From assembly GCA_028534125.1 (NCBI GenBank), contig CM052818.1, positions 30,134,001 through 30,198,000 on the forward strand: a stretch of DNA of 64,000 nucleotides, in the 5' to 3' direction. The position numbers and the translations under genes were made by a program. Below are positions 36,687-48,787 of this stretch, one piece after another. The stretch is from Lama glama. Its lineage: Eukaryota. Every line of letters begins with the position of its first letter. The stretch's first letter is position 1. The notes below the pieces were generated by a model that was not told the origin of the DNA, did not search any database, and saw nothing but the letters and a program-made list of their open reading frames with translations.

Positions 36687-36946
36687 TAACAGAGAATAAA
36701 CTGTATGCTTCCTTAAAAAGCTGTAAACTATTTATGAGTGAAATGGGATTTTTTTCTTTCCACTTGATTTCTTGTAACATTTATTGAGTTTGCATAATAC
36801 TAATATGTTGATCATCTTAAAAGAAGTAGCATAACTTAAAAGCAATTTTGGGACAAGAAACAGGTATGATGAATATAGCTACTGATAACATCCACAGTAT
36901 CAAAAATAAAGCTTACCATAAAAAACAAAGGTTATTTTCAAAATTA

Positions 36947-37072
<126 letters not shown>

Positions 37073-37479
37073 TCAAATAAGTTGATAATTTCCCATGAAC
37101 TCAATTCTCTGCCATATAAGATAGCTTGGTATACTCAATTTCAGGTCATAGAGAGTTTGGATTCTCAGGTATCTTTCCAAAACTTAGTAAGAATATTTGT
37201 AATACAATTTTAAATCCAAATTAAAAATTTACAGTGATCAACTGCCTAAGGAAACCTCAGTATTTCAAGATCTATGAAAAAAGATTACTGTAAAAAGGGA
37301 ACAAAATGTTGACTTCTGACCTTCTGGGTTTGTAGAGCTCTGCAAGGAAAATTCATCCCTGTAAACAGTTACCGATCTTCTCAGGAGGACTTTAAAATTT
37401 ACATTAATTACACATTTATCCAAGTAATAGAATATGGGAGACATTTGGACAATTTTAACTCCTGAGACTTAGCATAATA

Positions 37480-38295
37480 ATGATACATGCATATACTTCC
37501 AAGTTCTGCCAGAACTTAGGGGGGATCGAGAAATAATAACACCCAATAGTAACACAAGCACACTATTGCCCAGATCCTGGTTTCTAAATATTCCCCAATA
37601 AATGAAGAAACTGTTGATTCCAAGGGTGGGGCAGTGAGAATAAAAGATAAGCCCAGAACACTTTATGGAGTCAGAAAGAAACAAAGTGCTCGAAAAAGGA
37701 TGGGAATATGTCAAAAGGATACAGAAGCTAACCTGAAGGAGCTCCCATGGGCTAAAACTGGAACAATCTGAGCAATAAACTAAGTTATAGCACTGGATAT
37801 AATCCAGAAAATATACATATGCATGAGTCCATACTAGCAAAAATAAATAAACAGTTAAGTAATGGCAAAGACAGAATAGCTATTCCAAAGAGAACATCAA
37901 TCAATATATGTGAAAGGAATGAGGAAAATGACCATTCAGTATGCAATACAGTAACAACCGGTGCATGTCACATTCATAAATAGATGCTAAAATTAGTGGG
38001 CTGAAGTTTGATGAGGATGTTTGCATAGTCTAAAGTATCTTCACAAGATATTTATTAAAAAGGGAAAAATAGCAACTTTACAGTGGAGGAATTGAGCAGA
38101 TACCAGCCCATCACTTAACCAAGTGATCGATGCTAATAGTGCCAGGAATACAACATATTAAAATCATGTAATCCTTGATAGCATGCAGAAGGGCACAATG
38201 TCACTTCTGTGGTATTCCTGTCCAAAATGTATGACCCCAATCCAGCCCTGAGAAAATATCAAGCAAAGCCAAATTGAGAAACACCTTATGGAAGT
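37480..38295 (+). mobile_element. Ancient L1MC/MD-type 3' region
   Basis: AATTGTTGATTCCAAGGGTGGGGCAG-like, GAAGGAGCTCCCATGGGCTAAAACTGGAACAATCTGAGC, ACTTTACAGTGGAG, ACTTCTGTGGTATTCCTG motifs. Confidence 0.7.
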
Positions 38296-38394
38296 AAGAA
38301 TCTTCTGTTTTTCGCCTTAGAATCCTTTGTTCAAATTAAAGATTGTATGAAATAGATAAAAATCATGGAGAGATGTTCACGTAAAGATGTTCTA

Positions 38395-38902
38395 CATGAA
38401 GGCTTGGAGGTGGGTAGGAGTCCAGAGCCCCCATTCAACTTCTTCAATGATCCTTATATCTTCAACAGAGTATTTGCTATAAACTACTGATCTAAGGTAA
38501 ATATTAATACAACTAGTGTTATATAACATTAAGGATCTTGCTATGGGGAGATTACTCTGGATTATCTGGTGTGCACTAAATGTAATCACAACTGTCCTTA
38601 AAAAAAGGAGGCAGAGGAATATTTAGCTACAGTAGAGAAGATGGCAATGTGATAATGGAAACAGAGATTGCAGTGACGCAGTCAGAAATCAAGGAATGTT
38701 GGTAGCCTCTAAACATGGGAAGAGACAAGCAACAGACTCTGTCCTGGAAGCCTCCACAGGAAACAACCCTGACATGATTTTAGCCCTTTAACATTCAATT
38801 TCCAGGATTCTAACTTCCAGGACTGTCAAAGAATAAGTCTGCATTATTTTAAGCCACTAAACTTGTGGAAATCTGTTATAGCAACAATAGGAAACTAATT
38901 CA
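38395..38902 (+). mobile_element. MaLR LTR (MLT1C/D-like)
   Basis: GGGGAGATTACTCTGGATTATCTGGTGTGCACTAAATGTAATCACAA...TTTAAGCCACTAAACTTGTGG..TGTTATAGCAACAATAGGAAACTAATTCA. Confidence 0.8.
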
Positions 38903-39461
38903 TTTCCAAATCACTCTCTGGTAAAGACTTATTTTTTACTCCTCTAGAGCCTTAAACTAGGGATGAGGGAGTGATATTAGTTTCTGTTGTGTTTTGATGA
39001 TAAAGCCCCTGAGGATAGGACAAAGAATTATATAAAACCAGACACTGATGGAATCCTTGTCATTTATTAAAAAGTTTATTTTAAATAATAGAATGAAAAA
39101 TGAATAAAAGGTGATTATTAGTATTGTGTTTCAAACTCTTTATCCCTTGAGGAAATCAACCCTTTCGGTCACTTCTGCTCAGCTGAGAGCAGTCACATCC
39201 ATTTATGCATTTACTATACAAATATTAGTAATTTTTATGTCAATGATGATGTAGGAGAGTTTAGAAAGTATTAATACAAGGCACTCCTCAATTAAGAACA
39301 GTTCTGACTGTAACTCAATAAAAAAAATGTTAAAAGACAAAAAAACAGTTCTGGGGAAAAACAAGTGAGAAATAATGGGTAAAGCTAAAGCATTTCTCAA
39401 ACAATGAAGTACTATAGTTAAAACATGTCTATTCTGAATTTTAAAACTCTTAAAATATTTA

Positions 39462-39677
<216 letters not shown>

Positions 39678-39784
39678 CTAAAAGGCACACATTTTTGAAT
39701 ACTGAGACAACTGCAGTAAAATAAATACAAGTTTAAATATAATGGTATAGTCTCCATAGGTCAATAAAACATTTTCATTTGAAG

Positions 39785-40320
39785 TACCACATTTCACTGG
39801 TTCCAAGGTGTACATATGCAACATTTCAATATCTCTAAAGTTGGGATGTATCTCACAATTGCTAGTGTCTTACAACTGTAAGACAGCTAAGTCAGCCTAG
39901 AGTAAAGCCAAGTGCTTCCAAGATCTGCCTTTCCTTTTGCAGAGTCTCTTGGAGGCACTACTAATTTGGGACCTTAAATAAAATTCTCTACTTGAGACTT
40001 TTTTGGGCCCATACTGATCAGACTGCAATCTTATATGACAGCTGGTATGAGATCTACATTCTCATGGGAACTTTCTCTTCCAGCACCCCACCAATTGCCA
40101 GACTGAAGCAAGCAAACTTCCTTGCTGTCTCTTTTTATATGGTAAGTTACTTCTCATTTACCCTTACACTAAGGAGAGAAGATAGTCCCTTGATGTCTTA
40201 GCTTTATGTTGTCTTAGGTACTTTTTCTTTCTTACTGATAGGTACTTTTTCTTTCTTACTGATAAACATAAAATAACTGCATTTTATAATCCACACCATC
40301 TTAGATTTGATGAAATACAG
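39785..40320 (+). mobile_element. MER104-like (Tc2/Kanga) element, interrupted
   Basis: ACATTTCAATATCTCTAAAGTTGGGATGTATCTCACAAT at the left end; CATCTTAGATTTGATGAAATACAG-TA at the right end. Confidence 0.5.
40215..40262. repeat. Perfect 24-bp tandem duplication
   Basis: TAGGTACTTTTTCTTTCTTACTGA x2. Confidence 0.95.
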
Positions 40321-40793
40321 TATATTAAGAAACAGGATGTGTTAGCACTTGACTGACCAATAATTACTACAGAGAATAACTTAGTAATGCCTCGATTTTT
40401 ATAAAGCTATAGATACTTCTTTCCAAAATTGTTAAATACTTTTTCCCCCAAATGACACATAATCACATAATAAATTTCAAGTACTATGAAGAAAGTGAAG
40501 GTATCCCTATAGTATTCCTAGTGGTAGCTCTAGAATTTCCATATGGGAGATAGTTTGGAGTGGTAATCTTTTTTTAACTCTTAATCTGTCTTAAACTCGA
40601 TTTCCACAGCAAGCACACAAGCACTCTGCTTTTTTTTTACTTTCACTGAATGTTTACTTGAGATACCTATAGACTAAGGTTAAGTCCTAGCAGTTTGGAG
40701 TATATTTGTGTGTGATATAAGATTATGATTCTTTTAATGTTTGCCATTCAGTAGATTAAAAATATTCTCTCATAATGTCAGTTTCACTAATTA

Positions 40794-41158
40794 CAGCTGA
40801 CTCTTGAACAATGCACCGGTTATGGGCACCACTCTCCCTATACAGTCTAAAATCTACATACAGCTTTTGACTCCCCCAAAACTTAATTACTAATAGTCTA
40901 CTGTTGATCAGAAGCCTTACCAATAACATAAACAGTCAATTAACACACATTCTGTATGTTATACGAACGTCTACATATATTTTATGCATTCATGACATAC
41001 CTTTTAATTTTTTCAATAAATCTAGGCTATGTGGTTCATCTGTGAGTTTTCTCAAATTGCTGTGAATCTCCACATTTTTTCCCAATATATGTGTTGGAAA
41101 AAGTTCACATATAAGTAGACCCACACAGTTCGAATCTATGTTGTTCAAGGGTCAATTG
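40794..41158. mobile_element. Tigger2-derived MITE (MER28/Tigger2a-like)
   Basis: TIRs CAGCTGACTCTTGAACAA / TTGTTCAAGGGTCAATTG flanked by TA TSDs. Confidence 0.85.
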
Positions 41159-41267
41159 TATAGTAAAACTGAAAACAGCTAAAACTTTTGACCAAAAAGG
41201 TTAAGATTTTTCCATACTTGTCTTTAAATAATACCAAAGAATATAATCATCCCACAGACTAACTCTA

Positions 41268-41453
<186 letters not shown>

Positions 41454-41603
41454 TTAGGAGAAAAGAGGACAAAACTATAAACCAAGATAAAATACAAGTC
41501 CTAGCCAACATGAGTATGTACTCAACTAAATAATTATCATTTGAAGATCTCTAAGTATTAACATCTGAAACTGCATACAATCCTCGTATTTGATAGTTGA
41601 TAG

Positions 41604-41980
41604 TGCTGAAAACAAGGAAACAGGCCTCAAATGGAGTCACATATGCTAAGCACCATGTCAACGAACTAATTAATTATAGTTTTGGCCTCTTCCAGAAATG
41701 GAATCTTAAACCAGTGAATCAGCAATCACCTGGTCAACACTAGTAAGTTAATCTGCCTGAAAGACCCCTGCAACTTCCTAAAGGAAAGGGACTTTGCCAC
41801 AACAAATCCACTTTTTGCTAGTTTAACTTCCTTGTCCTGCTCCTGTCTGCCTATGAAAATCTTTCATTTTGTACAGTTCCCTTCTATTTGCTAGATGGGA
41901 TACAGCCTAGTTCATGAACCACTGACTAAATCAATAAAAATTGCTGAAATTTACTCAGTTGAAGTTTGGTTTTTTTAACA
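41604..41980 (+). mobile_element. ERV1-class solo LTR (MER34/MER39-like)
   Basis: TG...CA termini, 4-bp TSD ATAG (41600-41603 / 41981-41984), TATA-like TATGAAAA at 41852, AATAAA at about 41933. Confidence 0.8.
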
Positions 41981-44900
41981 ATAGATATCTAAAACCACCT
42001 TTTATTTTTACAACAAGAAAATGAAAAATGAGAGGTGAAGACATATGAAAGATTACACAGCTAATTAGGTAGACTGGTGCCAGAATCTAGGCTTACAACA
42101 ATAACTTTAAAATTTAAATGGAAGATATATACAAAATATACTACAGGATATCATTCTAGATTCCCTTCATTACTATGTACACTATGTGCTTCAGAACAAA
42201 CTAACTGTATAAAGGCATTATATATTTATATATATAAACCATTAGACATTATTTGCTAAAGGAAAACTAATTTCCCCCTATTTTTAAATGTATTTATTCA
42301 TACATTCTTCCATTTAAATCACCAAATATCTATGCTAAGTGCTTCATATATTAATGCTTAGCTCTGGATAAATCTAACTAGAAAGAGTTCCTGATAGTTC
42401 AGCTAATTTTTTCTTTATATAAATTACATCATTTGTCTTTTGTTTTGGCAAAATAAAGGTGATATTATTTATTTATTTTTTTGTCAGTTCTAAAAAGCAG
42501 TGAAGAGATTCCATTATCTACACTACAAAATAAATTCCATTCAGTCTTACCAGTGAGTGCTCTAGAGGTTACAGATAATCACAAATGCCACATTTTCTAG
42601 TGGAAAAAAAAAGGGGGGTGGATAGTAAAAGACTTGCCTAAAGTCATACAGGAATTAGGGAAAAAACACCTCTGTAGGAGCAGATAATATGCACTAGTAA
42701 ACAACCATCAATGTTGTTAACTATAAGTCACAAGACTGCAGTGGTATTTTAGAAAACAATTTTGGCAACAGCAAAGCAGAACATTCTTAAGACAGACTCC
42801 CCTTCCCTGGTAATGACAGTATACAGAAGAGCTTAATTTGCTCATTACCCTAAATTCTAGGTTAGCTTTTGAGAACTGCCATTAAAATTTTGGCTTAAAC
42901 TTCAATCAATGAGTGGCTTAATTAAGAGTCACATCATGATCTGATTCTGATAACTCCCATAATTAATTACAATAAAACTTTCATTCTGAAACTAAGTCCC
43001 AGCTTAGCTACTAATTAATACAGTAAATCATTAATGTCTTCTGATCTCCAGTTTCCTATTCAAAGTTCTTTCCAAGTTAACATTATATAATTCTAAAAAG
43101 CTTTTATAACGGAGTTTATTCAGCTAGAGATAAAATGCAAGTACTTTTGGATTCACTGTCCTTCCCTACTTAAAGTGTAAAAATAGTTGCCGTGGATGCT
43201 AATTGTGCTAAAATTTTGTGATTAAAATATTCTCTCAAAATTATTTTCTGCTTCTTGGTCTTAACCTCAGTTGAAAATTAAAGAGCTGAATGAAACTTAA
43301 CTAAAATTCTACTCCCAATAGGTACAGTGTCTTTTCTTGATTAAACAAGAGGAAGACTTAGATCAGGAAGTCATTAGTACAGCAGTGACATTAAAGGTTT
43401 TGGAAATATGAGGCAGGAAAGGACCTTAACAACTGTTTCCTGGCCTCTAGAAAGGACTGCACTTAACATTCTTAATCTAAACCAAAAAAGGATATATAAA
43501 TTATGCTAAGGAATGCTGTGATAAAGAATTCTATGTGTTTAGCAGTTTGTCACAGCATGGATGTAGAACTTCAAAAATGCACCTTTAGCTTACAATTTTG
43601 TAGTATTTTCTACTCTATGCAAGTAAGAAAATATCATGGACATGAGTAGGAGAATGTCAGAAAGACTAGTTTGACACATTCCTCAGTTCCTCCAAGACAC
43701 AACTAGATGTAGATACAAAAGAGCCATAGAAAAGTAAAGTAAAAAAAAAAAAAATCAGGAGTTAGCCTAATAGGTGAGCAACTTAACACACAAAAAATGT
43801 TGGAAAACAATGAGAAAGATTCCAAATCACTCCAGGAGCACAGCTCTCTTACATTAAACCAGACTAAGAAACAGCTAGCTTAATTGTCAATTCTAGGATA
43901 GGTATTCAGAATTATAAAACATTACTTTTAAATTACTTCTTTCTTACTACACTATGTATAATATTCTTCTCATTTTCTAAGTTAAAAACAACGTAAAAAC
44001 AATAATAAATATAACTGAACTTAAGAGGAAATAATCTTTGAAAAAAATACTGCAAAAATACACTTAAAAATGTTTCCACTGCTGTTTGGGCTCAGAGTAG
44101 GGAAGAATATCAGCAAGTTCCAAGTTTCACTGAAAGCCACCTGAAAAAACTGCAGAAAAAAATTTAACAGTAATTTCCCCCCACCCTTTCAACTCAAGTG
44201 TATTACTGGGTGAGGGATTCTTTCTCTGAATCTTCTACTCAGCCTGAGAATTTCACTTTGAAGAACTTGGTCAGTGCAGTGTGATAGTATGCTCAGGATG
44301 AGACTTACTGATCTGCCTCGAGACAAGTTCTTGATTTTTATGAAAGAAGAGTAATGTGCAGTAAATATGAACATTTTGTTCGTACTTGCCAACTTCTTAT
44401 ATTTGTGAAGAAGCTTTTTCTTATTCAACAAGCAAAGAGCAAGGACAAAAGTCATTCCATTTCATTTCAATGAAAATGAAATGAAATCCATGTGTGCTTA
44501 AATCTAAACCAGAACTGACTATGTGCAGCAAAACAAAACAACCACGTTTCACACTGGAAGGACAAATTCCACTGTTCCATTTAGTCTATAAAAACATTTT
44601 AATGCATATAAAGGCCAATGAAAGAGATCGAGAAACCAATATGGTGTACATAATGATTTTATAATGGCTAGATCTACATATTGGAGCTTGACCATGTTAC
44701 TACATAAGAAAAAAATGTAAAGGCTTGTATAAAATTGTGTCCTAGGTTATATTTTTACTCTTTTTTTTTGGTTTTTATTTTAGTACCTTTACTATTCAGT
44801 ACTGCCAGTTAATTTTCATATTGCACACAATACTAATTAAATCAATTAAGTCTCCTGAGCCTATCCTTAGAAAAATTAAATCTCATTTTGGTATAAACCA

Positions 44901-45640
44901 GTTATTTAACAGAAATTTCTTTTATTTGCTTTGAGTCTTTTAGCTTTTTTATTTTGAAATAATTTTAGATTTATAGAAAGTTGCAGAGAGGATACATGTA
45001 CCCTTTACCCAGTTCTCTCCAATGGTACCATCTTATATACTATCAAAACCAGGACACTGACATTGCTAGTCAATAGACCTTACTCAGATTTTACCAGTTT
45101 TAAGTCCACTTATTTGTGTGTGTGTATAAAGTTCTATGCAATTTTACCACATTTATAGATTTGTGTAATGCCTTACATGTTTAAAATTTATGAAAAGAAA
45201 TTTTTTTTTGAAGATAAAGCTTGCTCAATGACCTTTTTCTCTCCCAAAGAAAGGCTGACTAAAAAGTCATTTTCAATTTTCCAATAGGCAAGAAAAGCTA
45301 TTCTTCCACTCATTATATATCATACTTCATGAGCATGTTGTATAGACTATATTTGTGATAATACCTCCATAGATATAATTTTTTAAAAATCAAGCAGGAA
45401 ATTTTTAAAAATGAAAAACTAAAGATTCCTCTATCAACACTACTAAATTGTATTAGAGATGATATCCTTCCTGGGGAGGAAGAACGTCACACAAAGCAGG
45501 CTAAATGGCCACTTTAATACCTTAAGAGAAAATTTGCCTACTCAAAAAAGCACTGACAATAATTACTACAGCATTATGTCTACAGATTACTGATCACAAT
45601 AATGTACTATGAGTTGTAAATACTATCATTTTCACATAGG

Positions 45641-46158
45641 AGTATCAGTCTTTTCAGGCTGCTGTAACAAAACACCATAAACTGGGTGGGTGGCTAATAA
45701 ACAACACACATTTGTTTCTCAGGGGGTGGGTCTAGCTCAGTGGCAGAGCGCATGCTTAGCATGCACAAGGTCCTGGGTTCAATCCCCAGTACCTCCATTC
45801 AAAAAACCCCAGGAGATGTTGTATATATACAGGAATATGACTTAGCTACTAAAAAAAATGAAATTAAAAAAAAAACTGTTTTTCACAGTTTTGGAGGCTG
45901 GAAGTCTAAGGTTAGGGTGTCAGCGTGGTCAGGTAAGGGTCCTCTTCCAACTTGCAGACTTGTCCTTGTGTCCTCACATGACAGAAGGAGGTCGGGAGTT
46001 CTGTGAAGTCTTTTTCATAAGAGCACTAACCTCATTCATGACAGCCCCATCCTCCTGACCCAAGTATCTCCCAAAGGCCCCCATCTCCTAATACCATCAG
46101 TGGGCATTAGGATTTCAACCTATGAATTTTGGGGGAACAAACATTCAGACTATTAACA
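45641..46158 (-). mobile_element. MLT1A-type MaLR LTR interrupted by a SINE
   Basis: CAGGCTGCTGTAACAAAACACCATAAACTGGG...CACAGTTTTGGAGGCTGGAAGTCTAAG...TTTCAACCTATGAATTTTGGGGGAACAAACATTCAGAC. Confidence 0.85.
45722..45871 (+). mobile_element. Camelid-type tRNA SINE with L1-derived tail
   Basis: GGGGGTGGGTCTAGCTCAGTGGCAGAGCGCATGCTTAGCATGCACAAGGTCCTGGGTTCAATCCCCAGTACC + L1-like segment + poly(A); TSD approximately TGTTTCTCA / TGTTTTTCA. Confidence 0.85.
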
Positions 46159-46239
46159 AGGGGTAAAAAGACTGAGGAAGCACTATATTGAGCCAGTCCT
46201 TTTCTGGAGATTCATACAATCAATTGTCAGCTTAACATT

Positions 46240-47895
46240 TCTTTACAGCTATTTCAAAAGCATCTCCAACTCAGTATTCCAAACTGAATTCTTGATATAT
46301 AAGGTCTTCCTCCAGTTTCTTATTTCAGTGAGTGGGATCACTATCCATTCAGCATTGTAAACCAGATTCTCCTCGACAATTTCCTTCACTCACATGCTCC
46401 CACAACATTCAATTCACCACTAAATTTTGTTGCTTTTATATCTTAATTTTTTTAAATTGAAGTATAGTTAAAATGTGTCAATTCCTGGTGTACAGCATAA
46501 TATCCCATACATACACACACATATATTCGATTTCATATTCTCTTTCATTAAAGGTTGTTATAAGATACTGAATATAGTTTCCTGTGCTGTATAGAAGAAA
46601 TTTGGCTTTTTATCTATTTTTATACATGGTAGTTAATATATGCATATCTCAAACTCCCAAATTTATCCCTTCCCACCCCCTTTCCTCTCAAAAAACATGA
46701 GTGTTTACTATGTCTGCAAGTCTGTTTGTGTTTTGTAGATGAGTTCATTACTGTCTTTTTTTCTTTTTTTAGATTCCACATATGAGTGATATCATATGGT
46801 ATTTTTCTTTCTCTTTCTGGCTTACTTCACTTAGAATGACAATCACCAGGTACATCTATGTGGCATTATCTTGCTCTTTCTTATGGCTTAGTAGCATTCC
46901 ATTGTGTAAATATATTGCAACTTCTTTACCCAGTCATCTGTCCATGCACATTTAGGTTGCTTCCATGTCTTGGCTATTGTATACAGTGCTGCTGCATGAA
47001 CACTGGGGTACATGAATCTTTTCAAATTAGAGTTCCCTCCAGATTTATGCCCAGGAGTAGGATTGCTGGATCATGGTAAGCCCATTTTTAGTCTTTTGAG
47101 GAATCTCCATACTGTTTTCCATGATGGCTACACCCACCAACAGTGTAGGGAGGTTCCCTTTTCTCTATACCCTCTCCAGCATTTATTGTTTGTGGTTATC
47201 TCTAAATACTTCTTGAACCTACCACTTTTCTCCATTTCTACCACCATCACCAAGTTAATTCAAACTATCATCTCCTGCCTGCAAGACTATAATGGTCTTC
47301 TAACTGCTCTCTCTAGTCATTCTTGTCTCCTTCTAGTCCATTCTCTTAACTATAGCCAGAAGAATCTTTTTTTAATGCAAATCTTTCTCTCTCCTGTTTA
47401 AAATCCTCCCACTAGTTTTTCAGCTCAATGTGACAATCTCTACATGCCCTATCTACTTCTCCAGAGCAATTTTCTGCCCTCCTCCTGACTCTGACTCAGT
47501 GCTCTAGCCACATTAAGCCTTTCAGTTCTTTGAATGAACCAGGATCCCTTTAATCTCAGGGACTTTGTACCAGGCTGTCTCTCCTAACTTCAGTTAAATG
47601 CCACCCATTCTTCAGTTCTTAGATATACTTACTTAAGGAAATCTTCCATGATTTCTCTGATTGGATTTGGTTATTTTCATAATCCCCTGGACTTTTCCTT
47701 CATAGCATTTATCACTTTATAATAATATATTTGTGTGATTATTTGGTTAATGCATATAAGTTCTATGATGGCAGGAACTAAGTATCTTTGTTGCAGTTTT
47801 GTTTTACACATATATCACCAGTACTTATAATAGTGCCTGGCCCATAACAGGCAACAAACAACAAATGTGTGCTAATTGAGTGAATTAATTGATGG
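46240..47895 (+). mobile_element. L2 LINE (split by a younger L1)
   Basis: CTCCAACTCAGTATTCCAAACTGAATTCTTGAT ... TAGTGCCTGGCCCATAACAGGC..TGAGTGAATTAATTGATGGAA 3' tail. Confidence 0.75.
46449..47195 (-). mobile_element. Lineage-specific 5'-truncated L1
   Basis: TTTTTTAAATTGAAGTATAG...TTAGATTCCACATATGAGTGATATCATATGGTATTTTTCTTTCTCTTTCTGGCTTACTTCACTTAGAATGAC; TSD approximately TTATATCTTAAT / TTATCTCTAAAT. Confidence 0.9.
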
Positions 47896-48397
47896 AAAGG
47901 CAACTAGCACTACAGTGCTTATATCAAGAGACATTAGAGGCTTTTAACAAAGCAAATATACAAAATTAGATTTGTATTCTGTAAGCATAATCTTAGCTGC
48001 ACTATGAAGGACTGATTTAAGTGGGGAGAGATTTGAGAGGGGAGTATGGTCAGGAGACTACAGTAAAAAGTATAGATAAGAAATGGAAAGGACTTGAACT
48101 AAGGCAGCATCAGTAGAGAGGGAAGAATAGATTAATTATATAGCTATTCTGAAACTATTCTGAAACAATGTGATGACCAACTGAATATGAGAAAGTGAGA
48201 GAGGGACTAGAGATAAGTTTCTGGCCTGTGGAAAGAGGAACTGTATCACAAACATTAAGTCATTTTTACTTTAGTACCTCCTCGTTTTCAACATTGGTTA
48301 ATTAATCCACCAATAAGTATCTACAGATTACTTATTGCTATAATGCTCTGAGAGTAATATAAAGAAGTGAGATACTCCAAGGAGTTTAAAATGCAAT

Positions 48398-48787
48398 TGA
48401 TAGTATATCCAAACAATGGAATATTATTCAGCCAGAAAATGGAATGAGTTACTGATTCATGCTGAAACATGGATGAACTTTGAAAGCATTATGCTGAGTT
48501 AAAGAGGCGAGGCACATATTATGTTACCCCATTTACATGAAATGTCCAGAACAGGCAAACCTATAAAGACAGAAAGTAGATTAGTGGTTGTCAGGGGCTG
48601 CAAGGGAGGGAGGGAATGGAGAGTGACTGCAAATGGGTACAGGGTTTCCTTTGGGAGTGCTGAAAATGTTCTATGATTACATACTGGGAATGGTCATGCA
48701 ACTTTGTGAATAAACTAAAAACCACTGAATTGTATGCTTTAAAGAGGTGAAGTTTATGATATGTGAATTATATCTTAATTAAAAAAC
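48398..48787 (+). mobile_element. L1MB7/8-type 3' end
   Basis: ACAATGGAATATTATTCAGCC...GACAGAAAGTAGATTAGTGGTTG...AAACCACTGAATTGTATGCTTTAAA...GTGAATTATATCTTAAT. Confidence 0.85.

Noticed and set aside
44050..44310. Possible cryptic minus-strand exon signals in YIPF4 intron 1
   Set aside because: An acceptor-like TTTTTTCAG is present but has no convincing downstream donor.
44459..44487. 11-bp inverted repeat ATTTCATTTCA / TGAAATGAAAT
   Set aside because: Low-complexity (GAAAT)n sequence, plausible by chance.
47012..47401. 129-aa ORF (and similar ORFs at 2501-2900, 37469-37840, 58642-58943, 61116-61337)
   Set aside because: They lie in L1/L2/MaLR repeats and are antisense or degenerate repeat translations.
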